From: Candidatus Omnitrophota bacterium
Lineage (GTDB): Bacteria > Omnitrophota > Gorgyraeia > B26-G9
Reading direction: 5' to 3'
Length of the DNA: 24,000 bases
Assembly (NCBI GenBank): GCA_018813905.1
Contig: JAHJAO010000113.1
Coordinates: forward strand, 1 to 24,000
A program made the position numbers and the translations under genes. The notes below the pieces were generated by a model, which did not search any database, was not told the DNA's origin, and saw only the letters and a program-made list of their open reading frames with translations. This document shows, one piece after another, positions 17,182-24,000 of the stretch (positions are counted from its first letter, which is position 1; the number at the start of each line of letters is the position of its first letter).

Positions 17182-17898
17182 TTGGAAAAACCGGCGTATC
17201 ACCGGATTGTTTTAAAACTTAGCGGTGAAGCGTTTCAATCCCCGCAGGTAGGTTTTGGTATTGATGCCGGGGTGCTTTTAAGCATTGCTACCCAGCTAAA
17301 AGGAATAAAAGCATTAGGCTTAGAAATCGCCATTGTAGTCGGGGCCGGCAATATATTTAGAGCGGCTTCCACGATTGGCCGGGCGATTGACCGATCGACC
17401 GCCGATTATATGGGTATGCTCGCTACGGTCATTAACGGTCTTGCGCTCCAGGATGCGTTAGAAAAGATCGGAGTCCATACGCGCGTACAGACAGCAATCG
17501 AGATGAAAGAGCTGGCCGAGCCTTATATTAAGAGAAAAGCGGTAAGGCACCTTGAAAAAGGAAGAATTGTAATTTTTACAAGCGGTACCGGGAATCCTTA
17601 TTTTACTACGGATACCGCGGCCGCTTTGCGGGCCATCGAGATAAATGCGGATGTTATATTAAAAGCGACAAAAGTGGATGGTGTATATTCGGATGACCCT
17701 ATTAAAAACAGTAAAGCTAAGAAATTTGGCAGGATTAGCTATCTTGAGTTTTTAAAAAAGAATTTAAAAGTTATAGACCGCACTGCAGTCACGCTTTGTA
17801 TGGAAAACAAACTGCCGATTATCATATTTAATTTATTTAAACAGGATAATGTCAAAAATGTAGTTTTAGGCAAAAAAATCGGCACGATTATCGCTTAA
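17182..17898 (+). CDS. pyrH: UMP kinase.
   Basis: [22 protein letters not shown] and [19 protein letters not shown] start with an upstream GGAGAGGAG. Confidence 0.95.
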   Translation: MEKPAYHRIVLKLSGEAFQSPQVGFGIDAGVLLSIATQLKGIKALGLEIAIVVGAGNIFRAASTIGRAIDRSTADYMGMLATVINGLALQDALEKIGVHTRVQTAIEMKELAEPYIKRKAVRHLEKGRIVIFTSGTGNPYFTTDTAAALRAIEINADVILKATKVDGVYSDDPIKNSKAKKFGRISYLEFLKKNLKVIDRTAVTLCMENKLPIIIFNLFKQDNVKNVVLGKKIGTIIA

Positions 17899-17910
17899 AA
17901 GGAGGAATTT

Positions 17911-18471
17911 ATGGATGTAAAACAAACTCTTCATCAATCGGAAGATAAGATGAAGAAAACTATGGATGTAACCATAAATGACTTTAACTCCGTGCGCACA
18001 GGAAGAGCGAGCGTAACTTTGGTAGAAGGTATTAAGGTTGATTACTATGGCACTCCTACGCCTCTTAAGCAACTGGCGGGCATTTCTACGCCGGAAGCGC
18101 GTTTGCTGGTTATTCAGCCGTGGGATCCGTCGAGTTTAGCCGATATAGAAAAGGCGATTTTAAAATCGGAAATCGGTATTACTCCTTCCAATGACGGGAA
18201 GGTAATCAGGTTAAATGTGCCGACTCTGACGAAAGAAAGGCGCGCCGAACTGGTTAAATTAACGCATAAGATGGCAGAAGAAGGAAGAGTGGCTGTCCGT
18301 GCGATAAGAAGAGACGCCAACGAGCACATAAAACAGATGGAGAAAGAACATAAAATAACTGAAGATCAGTGTTTCAGCGGCCAAGAAGATATTCAGAAAT
18401 TAACCGATAAATACATAAAAGACATCGAAGAACTTTTAAGTAAAAAAGAAAAAGAAATAATGGATATTTAA
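17911..18471 (+). CDS. frr: Ribosome recycling factor.
   Basis: DFNSVRTGRASVTLVEGIKVDYYG and LNVPTLTKERR. AGGAGG SD upstream. Confidence 0.95.
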   Translation: MDVKQTLHQSEDKMKKTMDVTINDFNSVRTGRASVTLVEGIKVDYYGTPTPLKQLAGISTPEARLLVIQPWDPSSLADIEKAILKSEIGITPSNDGKVIRLNVPTLTKERRAELVKLTHKMAEEGRVAVRAIRRDANEHIKQMEKEHKITEDQCFSGQEDIQKLTDKYIKDIEELLSKKEKEIMDI

Positions 18472-18472
18472 T

Positions 18473-18548
18473 GGGCCGCTAGCTCATCCGGTAGAGCACC
18501 GCCCTTTTAAGGCGGGGGTGCTTGGTTCGAGACCAAGGCGGCTCACCA
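18473..18548 (+). tRNA. tRNA-Lys (anticodon UUU), 76 nt with encoded CCA.
   Basis: Hand-folded cloverleaf: acceptor GGGCCGC/GCGGCTC, D-stem GCTC/GAGC, anticodon arm CCGCC-CTTTTAA-GGCGG, T-arm CTTGG-TTCGAGA-CCAAG, then A-CCA. Confidence 0.9.
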
Positions 18549-18642
18549 AATTTAAGTTAAAAGTTTAAAGTAAAAAGTGAAAAATGCTAAAGTAATCACT
18601 TTGAACTTTATGAACTTATATATAACTTTTAACTATTTTTCT

Positions 18643-18720
18643 GTCCCCATCGTCTAGTCTGGCCTAGGACACAAGCTTTTCAAGCTTGCGACTGGGGTTC
18701 AAATCCCCATGGGGACGCCA
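18643..18720 (+). tRNA. tRNA-Glu (anticodon UUC), 78 nt with encoded CCA.
   Basis: Acceptor GTCCCCA/TGGGGAC, anticodon arm CAAGC-TTTTCAA-GCTTG, T-arm TGGGG-TTCAAAT-CCCCA, then G-CCA. Overall very similar to E. coli tRNA-Glu. Confidence 0.9.
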
Positions 18721-18776
18721 TCCTTCGCTGTTTTGGGCAAGTTTAAGTAAGCAAGCTTCGGATGGCAAGCCAAAAT

Positions 18777-18803
18777 AAGCCCCGTAACATTAGCGGGGCT
18801 TTT
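18777..18803 (+). terminator. Intrinsic-terminator-like hairpin T1, downstream of tRNA-Glu.
   Basis: AAGCCCCG-TAACATTAG-CGGGGCTT, followed by TT. Confidence 0.6.
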
Positions 18804-18927
18804 ACTTCTCAGGGGATTTGAAGCAAGCGAATGCCGAACGGATGTGAGGAAAAGCGAGCAGGACTGTGAGTGGAAGTGAGCGCAGGGGAGGTTACGCAGG
18901 AGCATCAGGAAGATGCGACGTAGTGAC

Positions 18928-18956
18928 CAAATCCCCATGGGGACGCCATCCTTCGC
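18928..18956 (+). repeat. Second copy of a perfect 29-nt direct repeat. It matches the tRNA-Glu T-loop through CCA plus 8 nt of trailer (first copy at 18700..18728).
   Basis: CAAATCCCCATGGGGACGCCATCCTTCGC occurs at both positions. Copy 2 lacks the 5' T-stem strand and any upstream tRNA body. Confidence 0.9.
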
Positions 18957-19059
18957 CCGTATTGGGTGCTTTCAGAGAAGCAGGCTATTTATCCTTCGAA
19001 GTTTACTGCCGAGAGTTTACTGGATATAAGCGCAGGAGGACAGACGGCAAACCAAAATC

Positions 19060-19085
19060 AGCCCCGCGTAATTGCCGGGGCTTTT
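19060..19085 (+). terminator. Intrinsic-terminator-like hairpin T2, a paralogue of T1.
   Basis: AGCCCCG-CGTAATTGC-CGGGGCT plus TTT. It is preceded by CCAAAAT, as T1 is. Confidence 0.6.
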
Positions 19086-19150
19086 GCTTCCTTTACTGAT
19101 ATTGGGTCTATACTGTATGGCAAGTTACGGAGGGTAAACTATTGTAAATG

Positions 19151-19174
19151 CCCCGCAGGAAACTGTGGGGTTTT
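19151..19174 (+). terminator. Intrinsic-terminator-like hairpin T3 with a GNRA loop.
   Basis: CCCCGCAG-GAAA-CTGTGGGG (one G.U pair), followed by TTTTATCATTT. Confidence 0.6.
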
Positions 19175-19207
19175 ATCATTTGGGATTATGCAAGAAATTG
19201 GAAAATG

Positions 19208-19236
19208 TTGACATTGCAGGGAGCTGGTCATACAAT
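19208..19236 (+). promoter_or_regulatory. Near-consensus sigma70-like promoter for the patatin-like gene.
   Basis: TTGACA, a 17-nt spacer, then TACAAT, about 57 nt upstream of the ATG at 19293. Confidence 0.6.
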
Positions 19237-19292
19237 AAAGCTAACTTGTGTTATAGCTTTAACTAATAATTCTTTTAAAAGGTACTATCTAT

Positions 19293-20243
19293 ATGGAAGA
19301 AGAAAGCTATGTAATGGACAAAATACCCGTCAAAGTGGTTTTGGCTTTAGGCGGTGGCGGAGTGCGAGGGCTTGCCCATATTGGAATTCTTAGGGCGTTA
19401 AGTAAAGATATCCCCATAAGTATGATTGCCGGTACAAGCATGGGAGCCGTTGTGGGCGCTCTTTACGCGCTTAATCTGGATACCGAAGAGGTCGAGAAGA
19501 AATTATTTGAAATTTTAGAGAAGAAAGAGATAAAAGAAATTGAAAGGTTGATTAGTGGGCATAATGTGGTAGAGGAGAAAAAGATAATTATTCAGAGATT
19601 GCTTACCTTTGTGAAAAAAATGTATCTTTTGAACCTGCGGGCGATAAAGAGATGGATTTTTAGCGGCAGGGAAATAAACTCGATTTTTGACGAGCTGGGC
19701 TTTGATATCGATTTTAAAAAATTAAAGATTCCTTTCTCCTGCATGAGCGTTGATTTGCGTACCGGCGATGAAGTTATTATGAATAAAGGCAACCTCAAAG
19801 AGGCGATATTAGCATCAATTTCGCTGCCGGGAGTTTTTCCTCCGGTAAAAAAGGGAAATCGACTGCTTGTGGACGGCGGGGTTATCTGCAGTGTGCCGGT
19901 AGACGCGGCAAAAGAGATGGATGCGGATTTGGTTATCGCAGTGGGTGTTGAATCTGCGATAGATTATAATAAGAAGCTCGGGAATGGTTTTGATATTATG
20001 TTCCAGGCGGATGCGATAAGGGCATACAAGATAAATGAGATGAAGTTAAAAACTGCGGATTTAATAATCCTGCCTGAGGTGGGGCATATCAGCTGGGCAA
20101 GTTTTTCCCAGGCGCCTGAGTGCATAAAAGCGGGAGAAAAAGCGGCGGAGAAGATGAAACCGCAGATTTTAGATATGATCAGAAAGAAAAGGCGGGATAA
20201 ATTTTGGAAAGGGTTTTTTTCCTTTCCTAAATATAGTGATTAA
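19293..20243 (+). CDS. Patatin-like phospholipase (RssA-like).
   Basis: Oxyanion motif GGGGVRG, nucleophile elbow GTSMG, and the DGG Asp of the catalytic dyad (LLVDGGV). The start could instead be the ATG at 19314. Confidence 0.85.
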   Translation: MEEESYVMDKIPVKVVLALGGGGVRGLAHIGILRALSKDIPISMIAGTSMGAVVGALYALNLDTEEVEKKLFEILEKKEIKEIERLISGHNVVEEKKIIIQRLLTFVKKMYLLNLRAIKRWIFSGREINSIFDELGFDIDFKKLKIPFSCMSVDLRTGDEVIMNKGNLKEAILASISLPGVFPPVKKGNRLLVDGGVICSVPVDAAKEMDADLVIAVGVESAIDYNKKLGNGFDIMFQADAIRAYKINEMKLKTADLIILPEVGHISWASFSQAPECIKAGEKAAEKMKPQILDMIRKKRRDKFWKGFFSFPKYSD

Positions 20244-20273
20244 TAAAAAATAAAAAAAGAGAGAGGTTGAAAA

Positions 20274-21917
20274 ATGATAAAGAAAATTATTATTTCCGTA
20301 TTGCTTGTGTTGCTGATAACAGTTGTGGCCGCATTTTTATATTTGAATAACGTTTATATTCCCAAAAACCTCAAACCCCTGGTGATTTCCACGCTGGAAA
20401 AAGCGCTGGATAAAAAAGTTACAATTGATCAGGCATCGTATTTTCCCATTCGAGGCGTTTTATTTTCTAAAATAAAGATTATCAACAAAGACGCATCTCC
20501 TTTTTTAGACATTAACAAAATAGATTTAAGTTTAAAATCCCTGCCTAAATTTAAAGGAAAAGATATTTCGGCGCAAACGAAACTTGTCGTACAGGGGATA
20601 TCTTTTATGCAGGAGAAGTTAAAGGTAGAGGGCAACGCTGCGGTTGATTTGAATGTAGAGGGTATGTCCGGCAATAAGCCTCTTTTTAAGGCAATATTAA
20701 CTATAGATAATTTCCGGGTAAGCGGAATACCCCCATTAGCGGATATTACCAAATTAAGCGGCGAGGTCATCTGTACGCATAACTCTTTATCTACCAATAA
20801 GTTGGGCGCGTTAATAAATAAAGAAAAAATAGATATTAGTTTAGAAGGTACATATAGCGAAAATGATTTAAACCTGACAAAAATTGATCTTGTTTACGCT
20901 AAAACCCATATCCAGAGCTCTGCCGAAGTGCGCAATTTTAAAGAGCCAGAGTTTAAATTAAACGCGGCTGGCTTGCTGAATTTGGAAGATATCGAAAAAA
21001 TGCTTATTGGCATAACCCTGCCCAAGCTTACAGGCGATTGTAAATTGCAGGCGCAGGCAAGCGGTAAAATTTCCGATTTAAATTCGCTTTTCGCTGATGT
21101 AAAAGTGGGTATGAGTGAGGGCAGCGTGGATAAAATAAGGTTTTCCAATGTTGACGCATCGCTGACATTGGAACAGGGCACGGCTTATTTTGAGCCGGTA
21201 AAGTGCACTTTTTATGAGGGCAAGATTTCCGGTTCCGGAAACGCGAAAGTTTTCCAGAAAGAACTTCCGGTTACGGCGGTTCTGGATGCCCAAGGGGTAA
21301 ATTTAGCGCCGCTTGTAAAAGACCTTGCCGGATTGGATATTGGTAGCGGAGATTTAAACGCGAACGCCGAAATTTCCGGGCCGGTAACGGATTTGAACGC
21401 CTTATCCGGAAACGGCGCCTTAAAGCTGACCGATGCGAAAATACAAATGCCGTCAAAACTCGGAGGTTTTGTTAAAATATTCCAATTAGACCAGCTTTCT
21501 CAAATGTTGATTTCAGAAGCATCCGCTACTTTTACTATTGCGGAAGGCAAAATTGATACTCAGGATTTTAAGATGATTGCAGACATGGCCGAATTCGCGG
21601 CAACTGGATACGCTACTTTTGGTCAATATATAGATTTTACGGTAGAGATAGATTTAGCGCCGGAGCTTAAAGACCGGGCGGGAATAGCGGGCGCGATTAT
21701 CCGCAAGGTAAGAGCACGCGGGCAATTACCGGATAAAATAAAGACGGATATCCTCATGCAGGACGCGATTAAAGAAGTTGTCAAGGAGGCTATCAAGGAA
21801 AAAGGCGCAGAAATCTTAAAGGAAGTTTTTGGACAAGAGCAGCAACAAGCCCAGCCCGAGGGCAATATTATTCAAGACCAGCTAAAGAAAGGGCTCAAGG
21901 GTTTATTTAAAAGATAG
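20274..21917 (+). CDS. AsmA-like / DUF748-like envelope protein with an N-terminal membrane anchor.
   Basis: N-terminal TM helix IIISVLLVLLITVVAAFLYL, followed by long beta-rich repeats with recurring G-x-hydrophobic patterns and a charged C-terminal tail. Assigned by general resemblance only. Confidence 0.45.
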   Translation: MIKKIIISVLLVLLITVVAAFLYLNNVYIPKNLKPLVISTLEKALDKKVTIDQASYFPIRGVLFSKIKIINKDASPFLDINKIDLSLKSLPKFKGKDISAQTKLVVQGISFMQEKLKVEGNAAVDLNVEGMSGNKPLFKAILTIDNFRVSGIPPLADITKLSGEVICTHNSLSTNKLGALINKEKIDISLEGTYSENDLNLTKIDLVYAKTHIQSSAEVRNFKEPEFKLNAAGLLNLEDIEKMLIGITLPKLTGDCKLQAQASGKISDLNSLFADVKVGMSEGSVDKIRFSNVDASLTLEQGTAYFEPVKCTFYEGKISGSGNAKVFQKELPVTAVLDAQGVNLAPLVKDLAGLDIGSGDLNANAEISGPVTDLNALSGNGALKLTDAKIQMPSKLGGFVKIFQLDQLSQMLISEASATFTIAEGKIDTQDFKMIADMAEFAATGYATFGQYIDFTVEIDLAPELKDRAGIAGAIIRKVRARGQLPDKIKTDILMQDAIKEVVKEAIKEKGAEILKEVFGQEQQQAQPEGNIIQDQLKKGLKGLFKR

Positions 21918-21926
21918 ATTTTAAAA

Positions 21927-23033
21927 ATGCCTAGCCATAAATCTAAAATGCTATTTATTCATAATGCCCGTTTGATCTTAGCGGATAAGATTGTCCGTAA
22001 AGCCTGGCTTTTAATAAAAGACGGGAAAATCAACGGATATGGAACGCATAAGAAAATTTCTAAAGCAAAAGCTGAAGTTGTCAATGCCAAAGATAATTAT
22101 CTTAGCCCGGGATTTATTGACCTGCATATCCACGGTGATGTCGAAAAGATTTCCAAAACTCAAGCCAAATCCGGCACGACCGCTTTTTTGCATTGCCTGC
22201 ATGCGGACAGAATCGAAAATTACGGTAAAAAGATTGAAAAATCAAAACAGGCAAAACTTACCGGAGCGCAGCGCTTAGGTTCTTACCTTGAAGGCCCTTT
22301 TTTGAATAAGGCCATGGCCGGCGCCCAGCCAAAAAGGTTTATAATCGAGCCGAAGCGGGATAAACTTTTGAAAGTAATTCGAGCCGCGGGAAAAGACATA
22401 AAAATCATGACTTTAGCCTGCGAATTCGGAAATATCGAAAAAATTCTAAAATTACTGAGGAAAAATGAAATCGTCACTGCGTTAGGGCATACAAATGCCA
22501 GTTTTGAGCAGGCAGAAAAAGCAATAGACAGTGGAGCATATTATACTACACATATTTTTAACCGCATGGGCTCAATTTCCGCGCGGTGTCCGGGAATAAT
22601 CGTTAAGCTATTGCTTGATGAACGGATTACGGCCGAAGTAATCGCCGACGGAAAACACGTGCATCCGGCGCTCTTGAAGCTTTTGGTTAAGGTTAAGGGC
22701 CCGGATAAAATTGTCTTGGTCAGCGATTCCATTGCGGCAATGCCGCCGGGTTCGCATAAGATGAAGTTGGAAGATAAAGTTTATTGGCTGAACAATTCTA
22801 CGATTTCCGGCAGTACGCTTACGCTACTGACTGCTGTACACAACATGGTTGATTTTACCGGGATGGATATTGCCAGTGCGGTCAGAATGGCTACTTTGAA
22901 TCCGGCAAGGATAGCGGGCATCGAGAAGCGAAAAGGCAGTATCGCGCTGGGCAAAGACGCGGATATCGTTATTTTTGACAAAAATTTCAAAGCGAAGATG
23001 ACTATAATTAAAGGAAAGATCATTAATTTATAA
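21927..23033 (+). CDS. nagA: N-acetylglucosamine-6-phosphate deacetylase.
   Basis: GFIDLHIHG, YLEGPFLN, ALGHTNAS, THIFNRM, LVSDS and GKDADIVIFD. Confidence 0.85.
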   Translation: MPSHKSKMLFIHNARLILADKIVRKAWLLIKDGKINGYGTHKKISKAKAEVVNAKDNYLSPGFIDLHIHGDVEKISKTQAKSGTTAFLHCLHADRIENYGKKIEKSKQAKLTGAQRLGSYLEGPFLNKAMAGAQPKRFIIEPKRDKLLKVIRAAGKDIKIMTLACEFGNIEKILKLLRKNEIVTALGHTNASFEQAEKAIDSGAYYTTHIFNRMGSISARCPGIIVKLLLDERITAEVIADGKHVHPALLKLLVKVKGPDKIVLVSDSIAAMPPGSHKMKLEDKVYWLNNSTISGSTLTLLTAVHNMVDFTGMDIASAVRMATLNPARIAGIEKRKGSIALGKDADIVIFDKNFKAKMTIIKGKIINL

Positions 23034-23093
23034 CTCATAACTTGTAACTTGTAACTTGTAACTTGTAACTTGTAACTTGTAACTTGTAACTTG
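23031..23093 (+). repeat. Heptamer satellite: one TAACTCA unit followed by 8 perfect TAACTTG units.
   Basis: Counted unit by unit. It starts on the nagA stop codon and ends at the glmS SD (GAGG). Confidence 0.95.
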
Positions 23094-23103
23094 AGGTATA
23101 TTT

Positions 23104-24000
23104 ATGTGCGGAATAATCGGCTATATCGGTTCTGAACCGGTAACGCCAATATTGATGCAGGGTTTAAAAAGCCTCGAGTATCGCGGTTATGATTCTGCGG
23201 GAATCGCGTTGGTGGATGGAGGTAAGGTTTTTATTTGTAAGCGGCCGGGGAAATTGAGCCGGTTAGAAGAATGCTTGAAATCGAAAATAATAAAAGGCAA
23301 TGTTGGTATCGGGCATACCCGTTGGGCTACGCACGGCGAGCCCAACCAAGTCAATGCCCATCCCCATTTCGGCGATAACTACGATTTCATGATCGTGCAT
23401 AACGGGATAATCGAAAACCATCAGGTTTTAAAAACAGAATTAATTAAAGAAGGGCATAAATTCAAATCGCAAACTGATACAGAGGTAATTGCCCATTTAA
23501 TTGAAAAATATTACCGTGGTGATTTGGCCAAAACCGTTTGCAAAGTCATAAAATTACTCAAAGGTAGTTATGCCCTGGGCGTAATCAGCCGCTTGCAGCC
23601 AAACGTACTTGTCGGAGCCAGAAAAGACAGCCCGTTAATCGTGGGTGTGGGGAAAACAGGCAATTTTATCGCCTCGGACGTGCCGGCGATTCTATCCTAT
23701 ACCCGGGAAGCAATCTATCTGGATAATAATGAGGTGGTCGAATTAACCGAAAAAAAGATCACTATATATGATATCAGTGGTAGGCCGGTGCATAAAAAGA
23801 AAGTTTTGATAAAATGGGATGTTAAAAGCGCCAAAAAAGGCGGGTTTACCCATTTTATGATGAAAGAAATTCATGAACAGCCACAGGTGCTGCGCAATAT
23901 TTTAAAGGGCCGGATTAGAAATAAGCGGGTTGTATTTGAGCAATTGAAATTTCCGGAAAAACAGATAAAAAAGATAGATAATATCCAGATCGTTGCCTGT
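23104..24000 (+). CDS. glmS: Glutamine--fructose-6-phosphate aminotransferase, 3'-truncated by the window edge (299 codons visible).
   Basis: MCGIIGYIG (N-terminal Cys nucleophile), GIGHTRWATHG and VHNGIIENH. The frame is open to nt 24000, so it is absent from the ORF track. Confidence 0.95.
   Translation, partial: MCGIIGYIGSEPVTPILMQGLKSLEYRGYDSAGIALVDGGKVFICKRPGKLSRLEECLKSKIIKGNVGIGHTRWATHGEPNQVNAHPHFGDNYDFMIVHNGIIENHQVLKTELIKEGHKFKSQTDTEVIAHLIEKYYRGDLAKTVCKVIKLLKGSYALGVISRLQPNVLVGARKDSPLIVGVGKTGNFIASDVPAILSYTREAIYLDNNEVVELTEKKITIYDISGRPVHKKKVLIKWDVKSAKKGGFTHFMMKEIHEQPQVLRNILKGRIRNKRVVFEQLKFPEKQIKKIDNIQIVAC

Noticed and set aside
18721-19292. An integrase, excisionase or transposase associated with the tRNA-Glu att-like repeat.
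   Set aside because: No such ORF exists here or anywhere else in the window. Downstream genes (patatin-like, AsmA-like, nagA, glmS) have ordinary composition and housekeeping character, so no intact island can be claimed.
18699-19393. Small ORFs in the tRNA-Glu downstream region (18699..18938 on the minus strand; 18866..19099, 18966..19211 and 19148..19393 on the plus strand).
   Set aside because: They overlap the tRNA, the 29-nt repeats, the terminator hairpins or the patatin gene. They lack SD sequences, overlap each other, and have Arg/Gly/Cys-rich translations typical of non-coding GC-rich DNA.
23031-23093. The heptamer array considered as a possible CRISPR array.
   Set aside because: The units are only 7 nt and directly abut each other with no spacers, and there are no cas genes. 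It is a microsatellite.
23034-23103. A glmS ribozyme in the glmS leader.
   Set aside because: The leader is only 70 nt and consists almost entirely of the heptamer repeat. That leaves no room or sequence for the ribozyme core of roughly 150 nt or more.

Overview
A chromosomal segment of about 40% GC from an uncultured-looking bacterium, with every supported gene on the + strand. All calls rest on motif recognition by eye; no database search or folding was possible. In order: (i) a very large orphan protein that runs off the left edge (1..3366) and contains a duplicated minimal-nucleotidyltransferase module; (ii) a structured, repeat-rich intergenic region; (iii) a GH116-type glycosidase; (iv) smpB plus a 430-nt tmRNA; (v) a long, tightly coupled operon (lipoprotein amidase, murI, queD-queC-queE-queF, two-subunit class I fumarase, rph, rdgB, msbA-like ABC exporter); (vi) rpsB-tsf-pyrH-frr running directly into tRNA-Lys(UUU), then tRNA-Glu(UUC); (vii) about 490 nt of non-coding DNA after tRNA-Glu; (viii) a patatin-like lipase, an AsmA-like protein, nagA, a perfect heptamer satellite, and glmS, which runs off the right edge. 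The region in (vii) holds a perfect 29-nt duplication of the tRNA 3' end, a purine- and GGA-rich insert and three terminator-like hairpins. No integrase, transposase, CRISPR array or recognisable defence genes were seen. The items most worth follow-up are the tandem-NTase giant protein, the att-like tRNA-Glu duplication with its GGA-dense insert (a possible CsrB/Rsm-like sponge RNA), the ACTT-heptamer repeat family in three intergenic regions, and the inverted T-arm copies downstream of both tmRNA and tRNA-Glu.
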